Positions 40,494 through 52,404 are shown, counted from the stretch's first letter. The stretch: 64,000 bases of DNA from Eledone cirrhosa (GCA_964016885.1 OZ024743.1:217620001-217684000), one strand, 5' to 3'. Translations and numbers: made by a program. The notes: generated from the letters alone by a model not told the origin.

Positions 40494-41073
40494 GACAACT
40501 AGGGAGGTGGGTAAATATTTCGAAAGAAATATATATTTAATATACTGAAGGAGTCACAGTTCTTACTTAAGAAACATCCTTTTATGACAAGATTATATAT
40601 TCATTGACAGCTACAGTCGAAACATACCAAAAGATGCACAAGTTAAAACGGGGACAGAAGTAATTTGTCTTTGTAATTTCAGGAGAACATCTAAAACATA
40701 TATTGAAAACATTCTTCTTAGTGTAAGCAAATCTTCCGTTAACTTCTTGAAGGTTCCGACAATAGCTGTCAATCAATGATACACTTGTTTTTCTCTGACG
40801 ATTTTTTTTTTCTTAATACGAACTGTTACTTTCAGTACATACTATGGCAATCGTTTCTTCTAAGACATTTATTCCTTCTTTTCTTCCATTTACTTTATAC
40901 TTTGACCTAAATAAAAATGTGTGTGTTTCCAATGTTTACATTTCATCTGACATCAGGTGAGAAAATAAATGCAGTAAAATGGTTACGTTCCTCCTAAGGT
41001 CATACTATTTCAATAAAAATTTGCATTTTACGTTTATGATGTATTGGCTCCTTTATTGGTTTGAACAAAAACA

Positions 41074-41116
<43 letters not shown>

Positions 41117-41427
41117 TTCATTTGTCTTTTTTGGCATTGTCTTTTATTTTAAAAAAAGCGTTCTACATTTGTTTTGGAACTCTGTATTATTCCAAGAAGA
41201 ACGTTTGTGTAATTTGCTTTCGTTAATCGATAAATAATACACTGATTTCAAATTATACAAATTTCCGAGCACTGACTGAATAGATAGGATCTTGTGCCGA
41301 AGTAAGCTTTTCATTTTAACAGGATCAGTCATCGCCAACAGCTGGAAGAGCATCACAGACACCCTCCACGAATATAATCGTCCTTTTTTCAAAATGTGAA
41401 TAGAAATGGAGAGACACTCACAGTGTG

Positions 41428-41680
41428 TTGGCTTCGTGGTAAGGGTGTTGAACATGATCATAATGTCGTGGGTTCGATTCCTGGATTGGGTTGGTTGTGT
41501 TCTTGAGCAAAACACTTAATTTCACTTTGCTCCAGAATATTCAGCTGCATGAGAGTACGAGCATTACCTGAGGTTTTAACCTTGAAGCGTCCTGTCGAGG
41601 GGGATGTTTTGTACTCTCAGTCGCGGAAACTGGGATAAACACCGGCCTGATGACCCTTCAGGCTCGTGACACACTGTAAA
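41428..41680 (+). mobile_element. tRNA-derived SINE family 2
   Basis: TGGCTTCGTGGTAAG (A-box), GGTTCGATTCC (B-box), TTGAGCAAAACACTTAATTTCACTTTGCTCC body. Confidence 0.8.
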
Positions 41681-42006
41681 AGTAACCGAGTGTATATCCA
41701 TTTTAGAATGTGCAAAAACGAAACAAAGAAAATCAATAAAAACAACAAAATTACGAACAAGAGTAGAAATACAATGTAATTACCATATAAGGGAAAAGTA
41801 ATTAAAGTGATATTGAAATATGATTCAGAGTTCCTTTTCATGTAAAATATACACAAGTCTTGCTATGGGTGTTATCAGCTGTGACCATGACGGTGCTACC
41901 TTAGAAGCCGCATAGAATTGCCACACACTACTATTTATGAATGCTATACGAAATTCGTCAAAGTTCTTCTCTCTAAAAGTTTATTTTAACAGCTAGAAAT
42001 TCAACC

Positions 42007-42080
42007 GGCCGGTTAGCTCAGTTGGTTAGAGCGTTGTGCTAATAACGCGAATGTCGTGGTTTCGAGCCCCATACCGACCA
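42007..42080 (+). tRNA. tRNA-Ile-AAT: tRNA-Ile(AAT), with mismatches in acceptor and T stems
   Basis: GGCCGGTTAGCTCAGTTGGTTAGAGC..CTAATAA..TTCGAGCCCCATACCGACCA. Confidence 0.7.
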
Positions 42081-42351
42081 GATTTAAATCCTTTCTTTTG
42101 CACTTCTTCCTAAAATATGTTTATCTTAAGACGATTCTGTCAATATATCTTTATCTCTATTATTTATTTACACATCCTCTGAAAAAGGGACGCTACCTAA
42201 TATATAGTCCTACATCTACAAACATGTCAAAGGAATTAATACATTACGATATTTTTGTGTATTATCTATTTTAATCATTTCAATAACTTCCTTACATTTC
42301 TTTACTCTGTTTTATTGAGTTGATTGCGAAATTTACAGAGAATTTTTAACT

Positions 42352-42425
42352 GGTTGGTTAGCTCAGTTGGTTAGAGCGTCGTGCTAATAACGCGAATGTC
42401 GTGTGTTCGAGCTCCATACTGGCCA
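42352..42425 (+). pseudogene. tRNA-Ile(AAT), T stem disrupted
   Basis: D and anticodon arms intact; GTGTG/TCCAT mispaired. Confidence 0.75.
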
Positions 42426-42785
42426 TACTTATCCCATTCTTATGTACTGCTTTCTAAAATTTTACTTATTTAATTTATTTTTATATGTAGGAAGCTTTTG
42501 GCTTTCTGTAAATAGCGGTCTTGTATTTGCTAGAAATAGAAATCTAATCAACTCTCATAAACAACACCTCGTCCACTTGAAAAAAAAGGTCACTTTCGAA
42601 AATGTAGTCCAATATCCACACAGTTTGCCAAGGGAGGTATTACCTGGAAATCATTTCATCTTAAGGCGATTGTGTGAATATATGTTTATCTCTATTATCT
42701 GTTTTATTCTCTTCAGAGAATATCATAACCTTTCTTAACTCTGATTTATCGTGTTAATTGTGAATATTACAGGTAGAATTTGGCT

Positions 42786-42858
42786 AGCCGGTTTCCTCAG
42801 TTGGTTAAAACCTCACCTAATAAGGCGAAAGTCGAGAGATTTAACACCATGTTGGCTA
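42786..42858 (+). pseudogene. tRNA-Ile pseudogene
   Basis: Degenerate; CTAATAA loop retained, B-box lost. Confidence 0.7.
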
Positions 42859-43165
42859 GATGTTTGGTTCTTTTACAATGTTATATAAAACTTTATTTTT
42901 TTTATATATTTAGGTCCTCATGGGCTCCTTTATAAATAGTCCGGTAAATAGTTACAACGTGATTGATATAGAAACCTAATTTGCTCTGAAAACACTACAT
43001 TCTCGTCTTTTGATAAATAGACACTTTCGAAAATGTAGACCTACGTTTACATGTCATACCATGGCAGTTAATATCTGGAAATATTTTTTATTTCATAGAA
43101 CATTATTAACTTTCTTTATTCTGTTTTATTATGTTAATTGGGAATTTTGCAGATAACCTATGTAT

Positions 43166-43239
43166 GGTGGGTTAGTTCAGTCAATTAGATCTTCGTGCTA
43201 ATAACGCGAATGTCGGGGGTTCGAGCCCCATACTGGCCA
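43166..43239 (+). pseudogene. tRNA-Ile(AAT) pseudogene
   Basis: D arm and acceptor stem mutated; 3' half near consensus. Confidence 0.75.
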
Positions 43240-43419
43240 TGTTTACTTAAGATTTAAATTAGAGTTTATAACTTTTCTATAAGCCTTTTAATCGGAGTAA
43301 AATTCTTGTTTTTTTTAGTTTTTATTCACATATTTCTATTGAAATGGGATTAGATATATATTATTTTTTAAATAATCAATGTTGGCTGATCCAAGCAAAC
43401 GACCAAGTTTAGTATGATA

Positions 43420-43780
43420 TAGTATACTATACTATACTATAATTTCCTATAATATACTATACTATACAATATTATTCTATACTGTACCATACTATATTAT
43501 ACTATACTGTACTATGCTATAAATATACTATACTATAATATGCTGTACTATACTATACTAAACTAAACTATTCAATACTATACTAAACTATACTATACTA
43601 TACTATACTATACTATACTATACTATACTATACTATACTATACCATACTATACTATACTATACTATACTATACTATACTATACTATACTATACTATACTA
43701 TACTATACTATACTATACTATACTATACTATACTATACTATACTATACTATACTATACTATACTATACTATATGTACTAT
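43420..43780. repeat. (TACTA)n satellite; other tracts at ~44615-44885, 48865-49100, 50220-50330 and 50620-50690
   Basis: Direct pentamer tandem repeats. Confidence 0.95.
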
Positions 43781-43890
43781 GTTATGGATATCTGAAATGT
43801 ATCTTCCTTATTTACTTCACATACCTCCATTTCCCACCTTTAATATATTATTCATTTTAAAATTTTATTTTGCCGTGATTCATTCTATCT

Positions 43891-43964
43891 TGCCGGTTAG
43901 CTCAGTCGGTTAGAGCGTCGTGCTAATAACGCGAATGTCGTGGGTTCAAGCCCCATACTGGCCA
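43891..43964 (+). tRNA. tRNA-Ile-AAT: tRNA-Ile(AAT), near intact (G1 changed to T)
   Basis: Full cloverleaf except the 1-72 pair; T-rich terminator downstream. Confidence 0.75.
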
Positions 43965-44313
43965 CAGTTGTTACAATTTTTTGCACTGATTTGTAAAATT
44001 TTACTTATTAAAAGTATTGTTATATGTAGGAAGGTTACCTTTTTGTAAATAATACTCAAAATGGTCTTCTACCTGCTGGAAATAGAAAACTAATCTGCTC
44101 TCAAAAACAACACATCATCGTTTTAAATAAAAGGACACTTTCGAAAATATGGTCCTATATCCACACAGTTTGCTTTGGGAGGTATTACCTGGAAATCCTT
44201 TACTCTTAAGGCGGTACTGTGAATATATGACTATCTCCATTATCACAGAGTATCATAATCCTACTTAACTCTGATTTATTGTGTTAATTGTGAATATTAG
44301 GGAGGATTTGGCT

Positions 44314-44386
44314 ATCCGGTTACCTCAGGTGGTTAAAGCCTCACCTAATAAGGCGAAAGTCGAGAGATTTAACACCATGTTGACCA
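44314..44386 (+). pseudogene. tRNA-Ile pseudogene (paralog of 42786)
   Basis: Shares the lesions CCTCACCTAATAAGGCGAAAGTCGAGAGATTTAACACC. Confidence 0.7.
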
Positions 44387-44984
44387 GATGTTTGGTTCTT
44401 TTACAATGTTATATAAAACTTTATTCTTTTTTTAATATGTAGGTTCTCATGGGCTCCTTTATAAAGAGTACGGTAAATAGTTACAACGTGATTGATATAG
44501 AAACCTAATTGGCTCTGAAAAACACTACATTCTCGTCTTTTGATAAATGAACACTTTCGAAAATATAGACCTACGTTTGCGTATCATAACATGGCAGTTA
44601 ATATCTGCAGATCTATACTATTCTATACTATACTATACTATACTATACTATACTATACTATATTATACTGTACTATACTATAATATACTCTACTATACTA
44701 TACTATACTATACTATACTATACTATACTATACTATACTATACTATACTATACTATACTATACTATACTATACTATACTATACTATACTATACTATACTA
44801 TACTATACTATACTATACTATACTATACTATACACTATACTATATTATACTGTACTATACTATGCTATACTATACTATACTATACTCTAATTTGTTATAG
44901 CATTTTGATATGGATATCTGAAATGTATCTTCCTCATTTACTTTGTCAAAATAAAACTTTATTTTACCAACTAAGGTATCATCT

Positions 44985-45058
44985 GGCCGGTTAGCTCAGT
45001 CGGTTATAGAATCGTTCTAATAACGCGAGTGTCGTGGGTTCTAACCCCATGCTCACCA
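44985..45058 (+). pseudogene. tRNA-Ile(AAT) pseudogene
   Basis: Several stem mismatches; T run downstream. Confidence 0.75.
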
Positions 45059-45523
45059 CAGTTAATCCTTTTTTTTTTTATTACTTTCTAAAATTTTACC
45101 TATCAAAATTATTTTTATATGTAGGCAGCTTTTGCCTAATTTGTAAACAGTATTCTAAATTGTCTTGTACCTGCTAGAAATAGAACCCTATTTCTATTCT
45201 GATCTCAAAGACGTACACGTTTGAAAATATAGTCCTACCACTACAAATTATGCCATGGGAGTTAATACCTGGAAATCCTATTATCTTAAGACGATTCTGT
45301 CAATATATCTTTATCTTTATTATCTATTTATAATTCGTCTGAAAAAGATTTCACTATCTAATATATAGTGCTACATACACAAGTGTGTCAAGGTAGTTAA
45401 TACATGGAGATCTTTTTGTGTATCTATCACTATTGTCTATTTTAACCATTTCACAGAACTTCATTACCTTTCTTTACTCTGTTTTATTGAGATAATTGTG
45501 AAAATTAGTAGTAAGCCATATAA

Positions 45524-45597
45524 GGCCGGTTAGCTCAGTTGGTTAGAACATCGTGCTAATAACGGGAATGTCATGCGTTCGAGTCCCATACTGGCCA
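45524..45597 (+). pseudogene. tRNA-Ile(AAT), probable pseudogene
   Basis: Acceptor stem intact; single mismatches in D, anticodon and T stems. Confidence 0.75.
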
Positions 45598-45867
45598 TGT
45601 TCACCTACATTCACAAATCATGCCATGCGAGTAATACCTAGAAATCATTTTTTTTTTTATTTTAAAGTGGCTCTATCAATATGTGTATAACTTTGCCTTT
45701 TATCCTTACGGGGTCGATAAAATAAAGTACCAGTAATGGACAGGGGATTAGCTGGCCTTGTGCCAAAAGTAGAAACAATTATTATTTAATTCAATTATTT
45801 CACATCATTAGTTTTCTTTATTCTGCTTCATTGTGTTATTTGTGTACTTTACCGGCAACATTTGTCT

Positions 45868-45940
45868 GGCCGGTTAGTTCAGTCGGTAGACTGTCGTGTT
45901 AATAGCGCTAAAGTCGTGGGTTCGACCCCCATACTGACCA
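45868..45940 (+). pseudogene. tRNA-Ile(AAT) pseudogene
   Basis: Multiple substitutions; B-box retained. Confidence 0.75.
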
Positions 45941-46378
45941 TATTTACTTAAATTAATGCTTAAAATGTTGCCATAAAACTTTTAATCGGAGTAAAATATG
46001 TTTAGTAAAATATATTTTTTGTTTTTGTTTTTTCAAAGGCGGTTATATTCATGTATATTTCGCATTTTCAGAGCCCCGGTCCTAACGCCTAATTTTTGCT
46101 GGACCGGCAATCGCTCTGTATAATCAGCTCCTGATTGTTACTGTAATTCTATAAAATCCAGCTTCTATGATTATTTTAGGCGAACGCCAACCAGCTTGAA
46201 ACAGACTGTCAGATACTCTCGCTTCTTTCGCTGAAAAGAAGTAAGTGACATCGTCACTACTTTAAAACTGATAGCGTATAGTCTTTTAAATGTTTTAAAT
46301 TAAACATGCGGTATGTTGCCAAATATACTATACAAACATTCATGTATACATCACTATTTCAGAGCACCAATCCTAAAA

Positions 46379-46427
<49 letters not shown>

Positions 46428-46429
<2 letters not shown>

Positions 46430-46679
46430 AGAATTATTATGTCTCAACAACAAACTTTTGACCAATCCTTTTGACAATCACCTATGGAATTAGCCCCCTG
46501 AGAAGCTCGGCTATTCAAATACCAGGATAATAATGTTCATTTAGTCCAGAATTAGCCGTCGAAACGGCTTGAGCTCAGCCGTCGGGGTCCTACTCGTTCC
46601 TATTAGCCACTCTACTACCCTAAGTATTGAGTACTTTGGTGTGTTATGGTCCATCTGGTTCCTTACCACATTTCCTTCG

Positions 46680-46682
<3 letters not shown>
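46428..46682 (+). mobile_element. HHR mini-element, family B, inserted in (TA)n within the tRNA array
   Basis: Absent from the paralogous site at ~48785-48802, which has only a short (TA)n. Confidence 0.88.
46493..46588 (+). ncRNA. Type I hammerhead ribozyme, family B (core CTGAGAA, C3-A8 mismatch)
   Basis: GCCCC-CTGAGAA-GCTCGGCTA...TAGCCGTC-GAAA-CGGCT(TGAGCTC)AGCCG-TC-GGGGT. Confidence 0.75.
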
Positions 46683-46721
<39 letters not shown>

Positions 46722-46969
46722 TTTTTCCAATAATCAATGTTGGTTTATCTGAGCAAACGACCAAGTCTAGTTTAAAATACTATACTATACTTTACTATAG
46801 TATACTATACTTTACTTAACTATATTATAATATACTATACTATATATAATATAGCATATTGTTATGGATATCTGAAATGTATCTTCCTCATTTACTACAC
46901 ATATCTCCAATTCCCACCTTTAATATTGTATTATAATAACTCATTAATTTGACAATTGTGGTTGCAACT

Positions 46970-47044
46970 GGCCTGTTAGCTCAGTTGGTTTGAGCGTCGT
47001 GCTGATAACGCGAATGATCTTGGGTTCGAGCCCCATACTGGCCG
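46970..47044 (+). pseudogene. tRNA-Ile copy with GAT anticodon
   Basis: Loop CTGATAA; 1 nt insertion in the variable region; acceptor stem mismatch; discriminator G. Confidence 0.7.
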
Positions 47045-47302
47045 CAGTTGTTTCATTCTTTTGCACTGCTTTCTAAAATTTCATTTTAAATGTAGGAAAT
47101 TTTTGCCACTTTTGAGAATAGCATTCTAAATGGTCTTCTACCGGCTAGAAATAAAAATGTAATCGGCTCCCAGCAACACATCCTCGTTTTTAAATAATAT
47201 AGTCCTATATCAACGGTTTGCCAAGGGAGGTAATACTTGGAAATCCTGATATCTTAAGGTGATTCTGTCAACATATATCTTCCTCAATTATCTATTTTAA
47301 TC

Positions 47303-47486
47303 ATTGGCAGTATCGGTAGAGGGTCGGACGCCATGCTTTGATGCATAGAGTTACGGCCCTTTCCAATATGAGCTTAAATCCCACTGAGGTTAACTTTGCC
47401 TTTCATCCTTACGGGGTCGATAAAATAAAGTACCAGTAATGCACTGGGTAATTTGCTGGCCTTGTGCCAAAAGTAGAAACAATTAT
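47303..47486 (+). mobile_element. SINE family 1 with TSD; 3' fragment also at 45688-45785
   Basis: ATTATCTATTTTAATCATT on both sides; empty site in the paralog at ~49418-49436. Confidence 0.92.
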
Positions 47487-47566
47487 CTATTTTAATCATT
47501 TCACAGAACTTCATTACTTTTCTTTAATCTTTTTTATTGAATTAATTGGGAAATTTACTTATGAAA

Positions 47567-47604
47567 ACCGGTTGGCTCAGTTGGTTAGGTCCCCATAATG
47601 GCTA
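47567..47604 (+). pseudogene. Internally deleted tRNA-Ile remnant (paralog of 49510-49574)
   Basis: CCGGTTGGCTCAGTTGGTTAGG joined directly to TCCCCATAATGGCTA. Confidence 0.65.
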
Positions 47605-48241
47605 TGGCTACGTATATTTTAAATTAGTTTTTAAATCGTCACTAAATACATTTTAAACATAGTATAACATTTTTAGACAGAAATGTTTGCGTTTAAAATT
47701 TTTTAGATTTCTTTTATTCATAACTATGTTTTCAAATATAATTATATATGCATTCATTTTTTTTCAGTAATCAGTGTTGGTTGATCCAAGCAAACGACTG
47801 ATTCTAGTTTAACAAGATGTAAGCACTCCATATATAATTATATCTTGTTAAACTACGTACGTCGTTTGTAATATAAATCTCTGAGTGAAACCTGGTTTGT
47901 TCTCGTTAATATATGTACATATTTATAAACTCTATACCATACACTAGCATAAATATATGTATACTGAATTTTACTATACTGTACTATAATATTCAATATT
48001 ATGTTATAGCATATTCTTATGGATATAATACTATACTATATTATATTATACTATACTACATTATCTTACTATAATATTTAAAAAAAATTAATATACTATA
48101 TTATACTATACTATATTATATAATAGCATATTGTTATGGCTATATGAAATGCAACTTCCTTATTCACTTCACATATCTTCATTTCCCACCTGCACTATTT
48201 TATTTTGTTAATAGTTTATTTTGACAAACTTAATTCTGACT

Positions 48242-48306
48242 GGCCGGTTAACTCAGTTGAATAGAGCATCCTGCTAATAACGCGAAAGTCGCGCCTCAAC
48301 TGGCGA
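48242..48306 (+). pseudogene. tRNA-Ile pseudogene lacking the T arm
   Basis: 5' two-thirds recognisable; B-box deleted. Confidence 0.7.
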
Positions 48307-48567
48307 TGTTTAGTTAAATTAATTCTTTAAATTTTGCCATAAAACTGTTTATCGGAGTAAAATATTTTTAGTAAAATATATTTTCGATTTTTGTTTTTAA
48401 TCATACTTTCCTTTTCAAATGTGGTTATATTCATGTATATTTCGCTATTTCAGAGTACCAATCCTAATGCCTAATATTTGTTGGACTGGCAATCGCTCTG
48501 TATAATCAGCTCCATATTATTACTGAAATACTATGAGAATCCAGCTTCTATAATTTTCGGTGAAGGC

Positions 48568-48631
48568 AAGGGAGTACGTGGCTCTGATGAACGACAACCA
48601 GCGTGAAACAGACTGCCAGATGCTCTCCCTT
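48568..48631 (+). ncRNA. Type I hammerhead ribozyme in the tRNA-array spacer (U16.1 changed to C)
   Basis: AAGGGAGTA..CT-CTGATGA-ACG(ACAACCAG)CGT-GAAA-CAGACTG-CC-AG.TGCTCTCCCTT. The paralog at 46181-46220 keeps GAAACAGACTGTCAGATACTC. Confidence 0.7.
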
Positions 48632-49222
48632 CTTTCGTCGAAAAGAAGTAAGTGACATCTCACTACTTTAAAACTGATAACGTATGGTCTTTTAAATGTT
48701 TTAAATTAAACATACGGTATGTTGCCAAATATACTATACATACATTCATATATACATCGCTATTTCAGAGCACCAATCCTAATATCATATATATATATAT
48801 ACATTTTTTCCAATAACCAATGTTGGTTTATCCGAGCAAACGACCAAGTCTAGTTTAAAATCCTATATTATACTTTACTATAGTATACTATACTTTACTT
48901 TACTATACTATACTATACTATACTATACTATACTATACTATACTATAATAAACTATACTGTACTATACTATACTATACTATACTATACTATACTATACTA
49001 TACTATACTATACTATACTATACTATGCTATACTATACTATAATATACTATAATATACTATACTATACTAGACTATACTATACTATACTATATATACTAT
49101 GTTATAGCATATTGTTATGGATATCTGAAATATATCTTCCTCATTTACTACACATATCTCCAATTCCCACCTTTAATATTATATTATTTTAACTCATTAA
49201 TTTGACAATTGTGGTTCCAAGT

Positions 49223-49296
49223 GGCCTGTTAGCTCAGTTGGTTTGAGCATCGTGTTAATAACGCGAATGTCGTGGGTTCGAGCCCCATACTGGCCG
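49223..49296 (+). tRNA. tRNA-Ile-AAT: tRNA-Ile(AAT) variant (paralog of 46970)
   Basis: Cloverleaf mostly intact; one acceptor mismatch; discriminator G. Confidence 0.6.
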
Positions 49297-49509
49297 CAGT
49301 TGTTTCATTCATAGGAAATTTTCAAAAATATAGTCCTATATCAACGGTTTGCTAAGGGAGGTAATACTTGGAAATCCTGATATCTTAAGGTGATTCTGTC
49401 AACATATATCTTTCTCTATTATCTATTTTAATCATTTCACAGAACTTAATTACTTTTCTTTACTCTGTTTTATTGAATTAATTGGGAAATTTGCTTACGA
49501 AAACTATTT

Positions 49510-49574
49510 GGCCGGTTGACTCAGTTGGTTAGGTCGTCGCACTAATTGCGTGGGTTCGATCCCCATAATGGCTA
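49510..49574 (+). pseudogene. tRNA-Ile pseudogene with deletion
   Basis: 3' anticodon stem and variable region missing. Confidence 0.7.
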
Positions 49575-50088
49575 TGGCTACGTATATTTTAAATTAGTTT
49601 TTAAAACGTCACTAAATACATTTTAAACGTAGTAAAACATTTTTAGACAGAAATGTTTAGGTTTAAAATTTTTTAGATTTCTTTTATTCATAACTATGTT
49701 TTCAAATATAATTATATATGCTTACATTTTTTTTATAATCAGTGTTGGTTAATCCAAGCAAACGACCGATTCTAGTTTAACAAGATGTAAGCACTCCATA
49801 TATAATTAAACTACGTGCGTCGTTTGTAATATAAATCTCAGAGTGAAACCTGGTTTGTTCTCGTTAATATATGTACATATTTATAAACTCTATACCATAC
49901 ACTAGCATAAATATATTTATACTGAATTGTACAATACTACACTATAATATACTATACTATATTATATTATACTATACTATATTATGCTATAGGAACGATC
50001 GACTTTCGTCAAATCGGACCGAGGGAACAATGTTTCCGTTGGTCTTTCCAATTGCTAATACTATCTATCGGTCGCAACTCCAGGTAGA

Positions 50089-50207
50089 AGGAGCAACGTG
50101 AAATAAAGTGTCTTGCTCAAGGACATAGCGCATCGCCTGGTCCAGGAATCGAACTCACAACCTTACGATTGCGAATCCAATTCTCTAACCACTCAGCCAC
50201 ACGCCTT
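50089..50207 (-). mobile_element. SINE family 2 head
   Basis: Reverse complement: AGGCGTGTGGCTGAGTGGTTAGAG..GTGAGTTCGATTCC..TTGAGCAAGACACTTTATTTCACGTTGCTCC. Confidence 0.85.
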
Positions 50208-50454
50208 CATATTATGCTATACTATAATATATTCTATACTATCTATACTATACTATGCTATATTATACTATACTATACTATACTATACTATACTATACTA
50301 TACTGTAATATATTATACTATACTATATTATGTTATAGCATATTGTTATGGCTATATGAAATGCAACTTCCTTATTCACTTCACATATCTTCACCCCCCC
50401 CCCCTATACTGTTTATTTTGTTAATAGTTTAATTTGACAAATTTAACTTTAATT

Positions 50455-50527
50455 GGCCGGTTAACACAGTCTGTTAGATCGTCGTGCTAAAAACGCGTTG
50501 TCGTGGGTTCGAGCCCCATACTGGCCA
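50455..50527 (+). pseudogene. tRNA-Ile pseudogene (anticodon mutated to AAA)
   Basis: D arm broken; loop CTAAAAA. Confidence 0.72.
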
Positions 50528-50813
50528 CGTTATGTATATATATATATATATATATATACTATGTTTTCTTCCAATAATCCATGTTGGTTTATCCGAGCAA
50601 ACGACGAAGTTTAATTTAAAATACTATACTTTACTATAGTATACTATACTTTACTATACTATACTATACTATACTATCTATACTATACTATGTTATAGCA
50701 TATTGTTATGGATATATGAAATGCAACTTCCTTATTTACTTCACATATCTCCTTTACCAACCTTTAGTATTTTATTATTTTAAAACTTTATTTTGACAAC
50801 TATGCTTCCAAGT

Positions 50814-50887
50814 GGCCGGTTAGCTCAGTCGGTTAGAGCTTCGTGCTAATAACGCGAATGTCGTGGGTTCGAGCCCCATACCGGCCA
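50814..50887 (+). tRNA. tRNA-Ile-AAT: tRNA-Ile(AAT), intact
   Basis: GGCCGGT/ACCGGCC acceptor, GCTC/GAGC D stem, TCGTG-CTAATAA-CGCGA, GTGGG-TTCGAGC-CCCAT, discriminator A, TTTT shortly downstream. Confidence 0.93.
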
Positions 50888-51239
50888 TTCTTACCTATAT
50901 TTTAAATTAACTTTCAAAATTTTACAATAAGCCGTTTAAACCTTTCAGCAATTTATGAGGAGTGAGGCCAATACCCGATAACAGCAACAGAGATTCGTGA
51001 ATCTTGGCAAATCGGAGGCAAATCGCCCGGTTTGAATGGTCTGCTCTATGAGTTTTACCTAGATATGTCAGACTCCTCCGATCTCCTCGAAGTGTTCTAC
51101 AACAACTGGCAGCACACGGGGTGATATCCAAGTTCTGCAAGATGGGGGGTAGTAACACTGATAAAGAAAGACGAGAACAAGAAGGACAATTTAGACAACT
51201 TCAAACCCACCCCAAAATTCATTTCTTTCCTCCCATCAT

Positions 51240-52400
51240 TCTTTACCATCCTTATTTTCCTTACCTTACTTGCTCTCCATATTCTACTTACTCTCCTTAC
51301 CCTCCGTACTCTCCATACCCGCCTTTCCCCTCTTGCTCTCCTTACCCAACTTGATCTCTTTACACTCCTTACATTCCTTGCTCTCCCTACTGTCCTTACA
51401 CTCACTGCTTTCCTTACGCTCCTAGTTCTTAACCCTCCTCACCCTCAATGATCTCCTTAGCCTCATTATCCTCCATACTCTCCTTACCCCTATTTTACGA
51501 TCCATGCTCTCCTTACCCTCTTTGCTCTGCTTGCTCTCCTTGCCCTCCTTGTTCTCCTTGCTCTCCGTACCTTCCTTGTTCTCCTTGCTCACCGTAACCT
51601 CCTTGCTCACCATATCCTCCTTGCTCTCTTTGCTTACCCTACCCTCCTTACTCTCCTTGCTCACCTTACACCCCTTACTCCAACTACCCTCCTTACTCTC
51701 CTTGCTCACCTTCCTCTCCTTATTCTCCTTGCTCACCCTAACCTCCTTACTCTAATTAATCTTCTTACCCTCCATACTCACCTTGCCGTCCTTGCTCACC
51801 TTGCTCATCTTACCCTCCGTCTTCTCCTTACTCTCCTTATGCACATTGACCTCCTTATTGTCCTTGCTCTCCTTACACTAATAAACCTACTTGCTCTGCT
51901 TTCTCTCCTCATCCCCTTACCTCCTTGCTTTCCTTACCAGCCTTACCATAATTTCTCTCATTCCTCACTCTCCTTACTCTCCTTCCCCTCCTCACTCTTC
52001 TTCCTCTCCTTACTATCCATGCTCTCCTTACTCTCCTTGCTCTCATAATTCGACTTAGACTCATTACTCTCCATACCATCTTTGCTCGCCTTACCTCCCT
52101 TTATCTCTTGCTTTCCTTACCCTCCTTGCTCCCTCTACTATCTTTTCCTTTCTTGCTCTCCTTACTCTTCTTACCCTACTTGCTCTCCTTACTTTCCTCT
52201 TTGCTCTCCTTGCTTTCATTACTCTCCTTGCTCTAATTACTCTCCATACATTCTTTGCTCGCCTTACCTCCCTTTATCTCTTTGTTCTCCTTAGCCACCT
52301 TGCTCGCTCTACTCTCTTTTCCCTCCTTGATCTCCTTACTCTCCTTACCGCTATGGCTCACTTTACCATCCTTGTAGGCCTTACCCCTTTGCTCTCCTTG
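51240..52400. repeat. Degenerate 9 bp pyrimidine-rich minisatellite (CTCCTTACT/CTCCTTGCT)
   Basis: Period-9 recurrence of CCTTAC/CCTTGC over ~1.15 kb. Confidence 0.88.
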
Positions 52401-52404
52401 CTCG

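Larger units (their letters stand above)
42007..50887 (+). repeat. Tandem tRNA-Ile array (16 copies) with higher-order duplications
   Basis: All copies on +. Blocks ~42340-43080 and ~43880-44610 are paralogous, as are ~45860-48000 and ~48235-49960. Confidence 0.92.

Noticed and set aside
42007-50887. CRISPR-like or SINE interpretation of the regularly spaced repeats
   Set aside because: The repeats are 74 nt tRNA cloverleaves with mutually homologous spacers; no cas genes, SINE bodies or TSDs.
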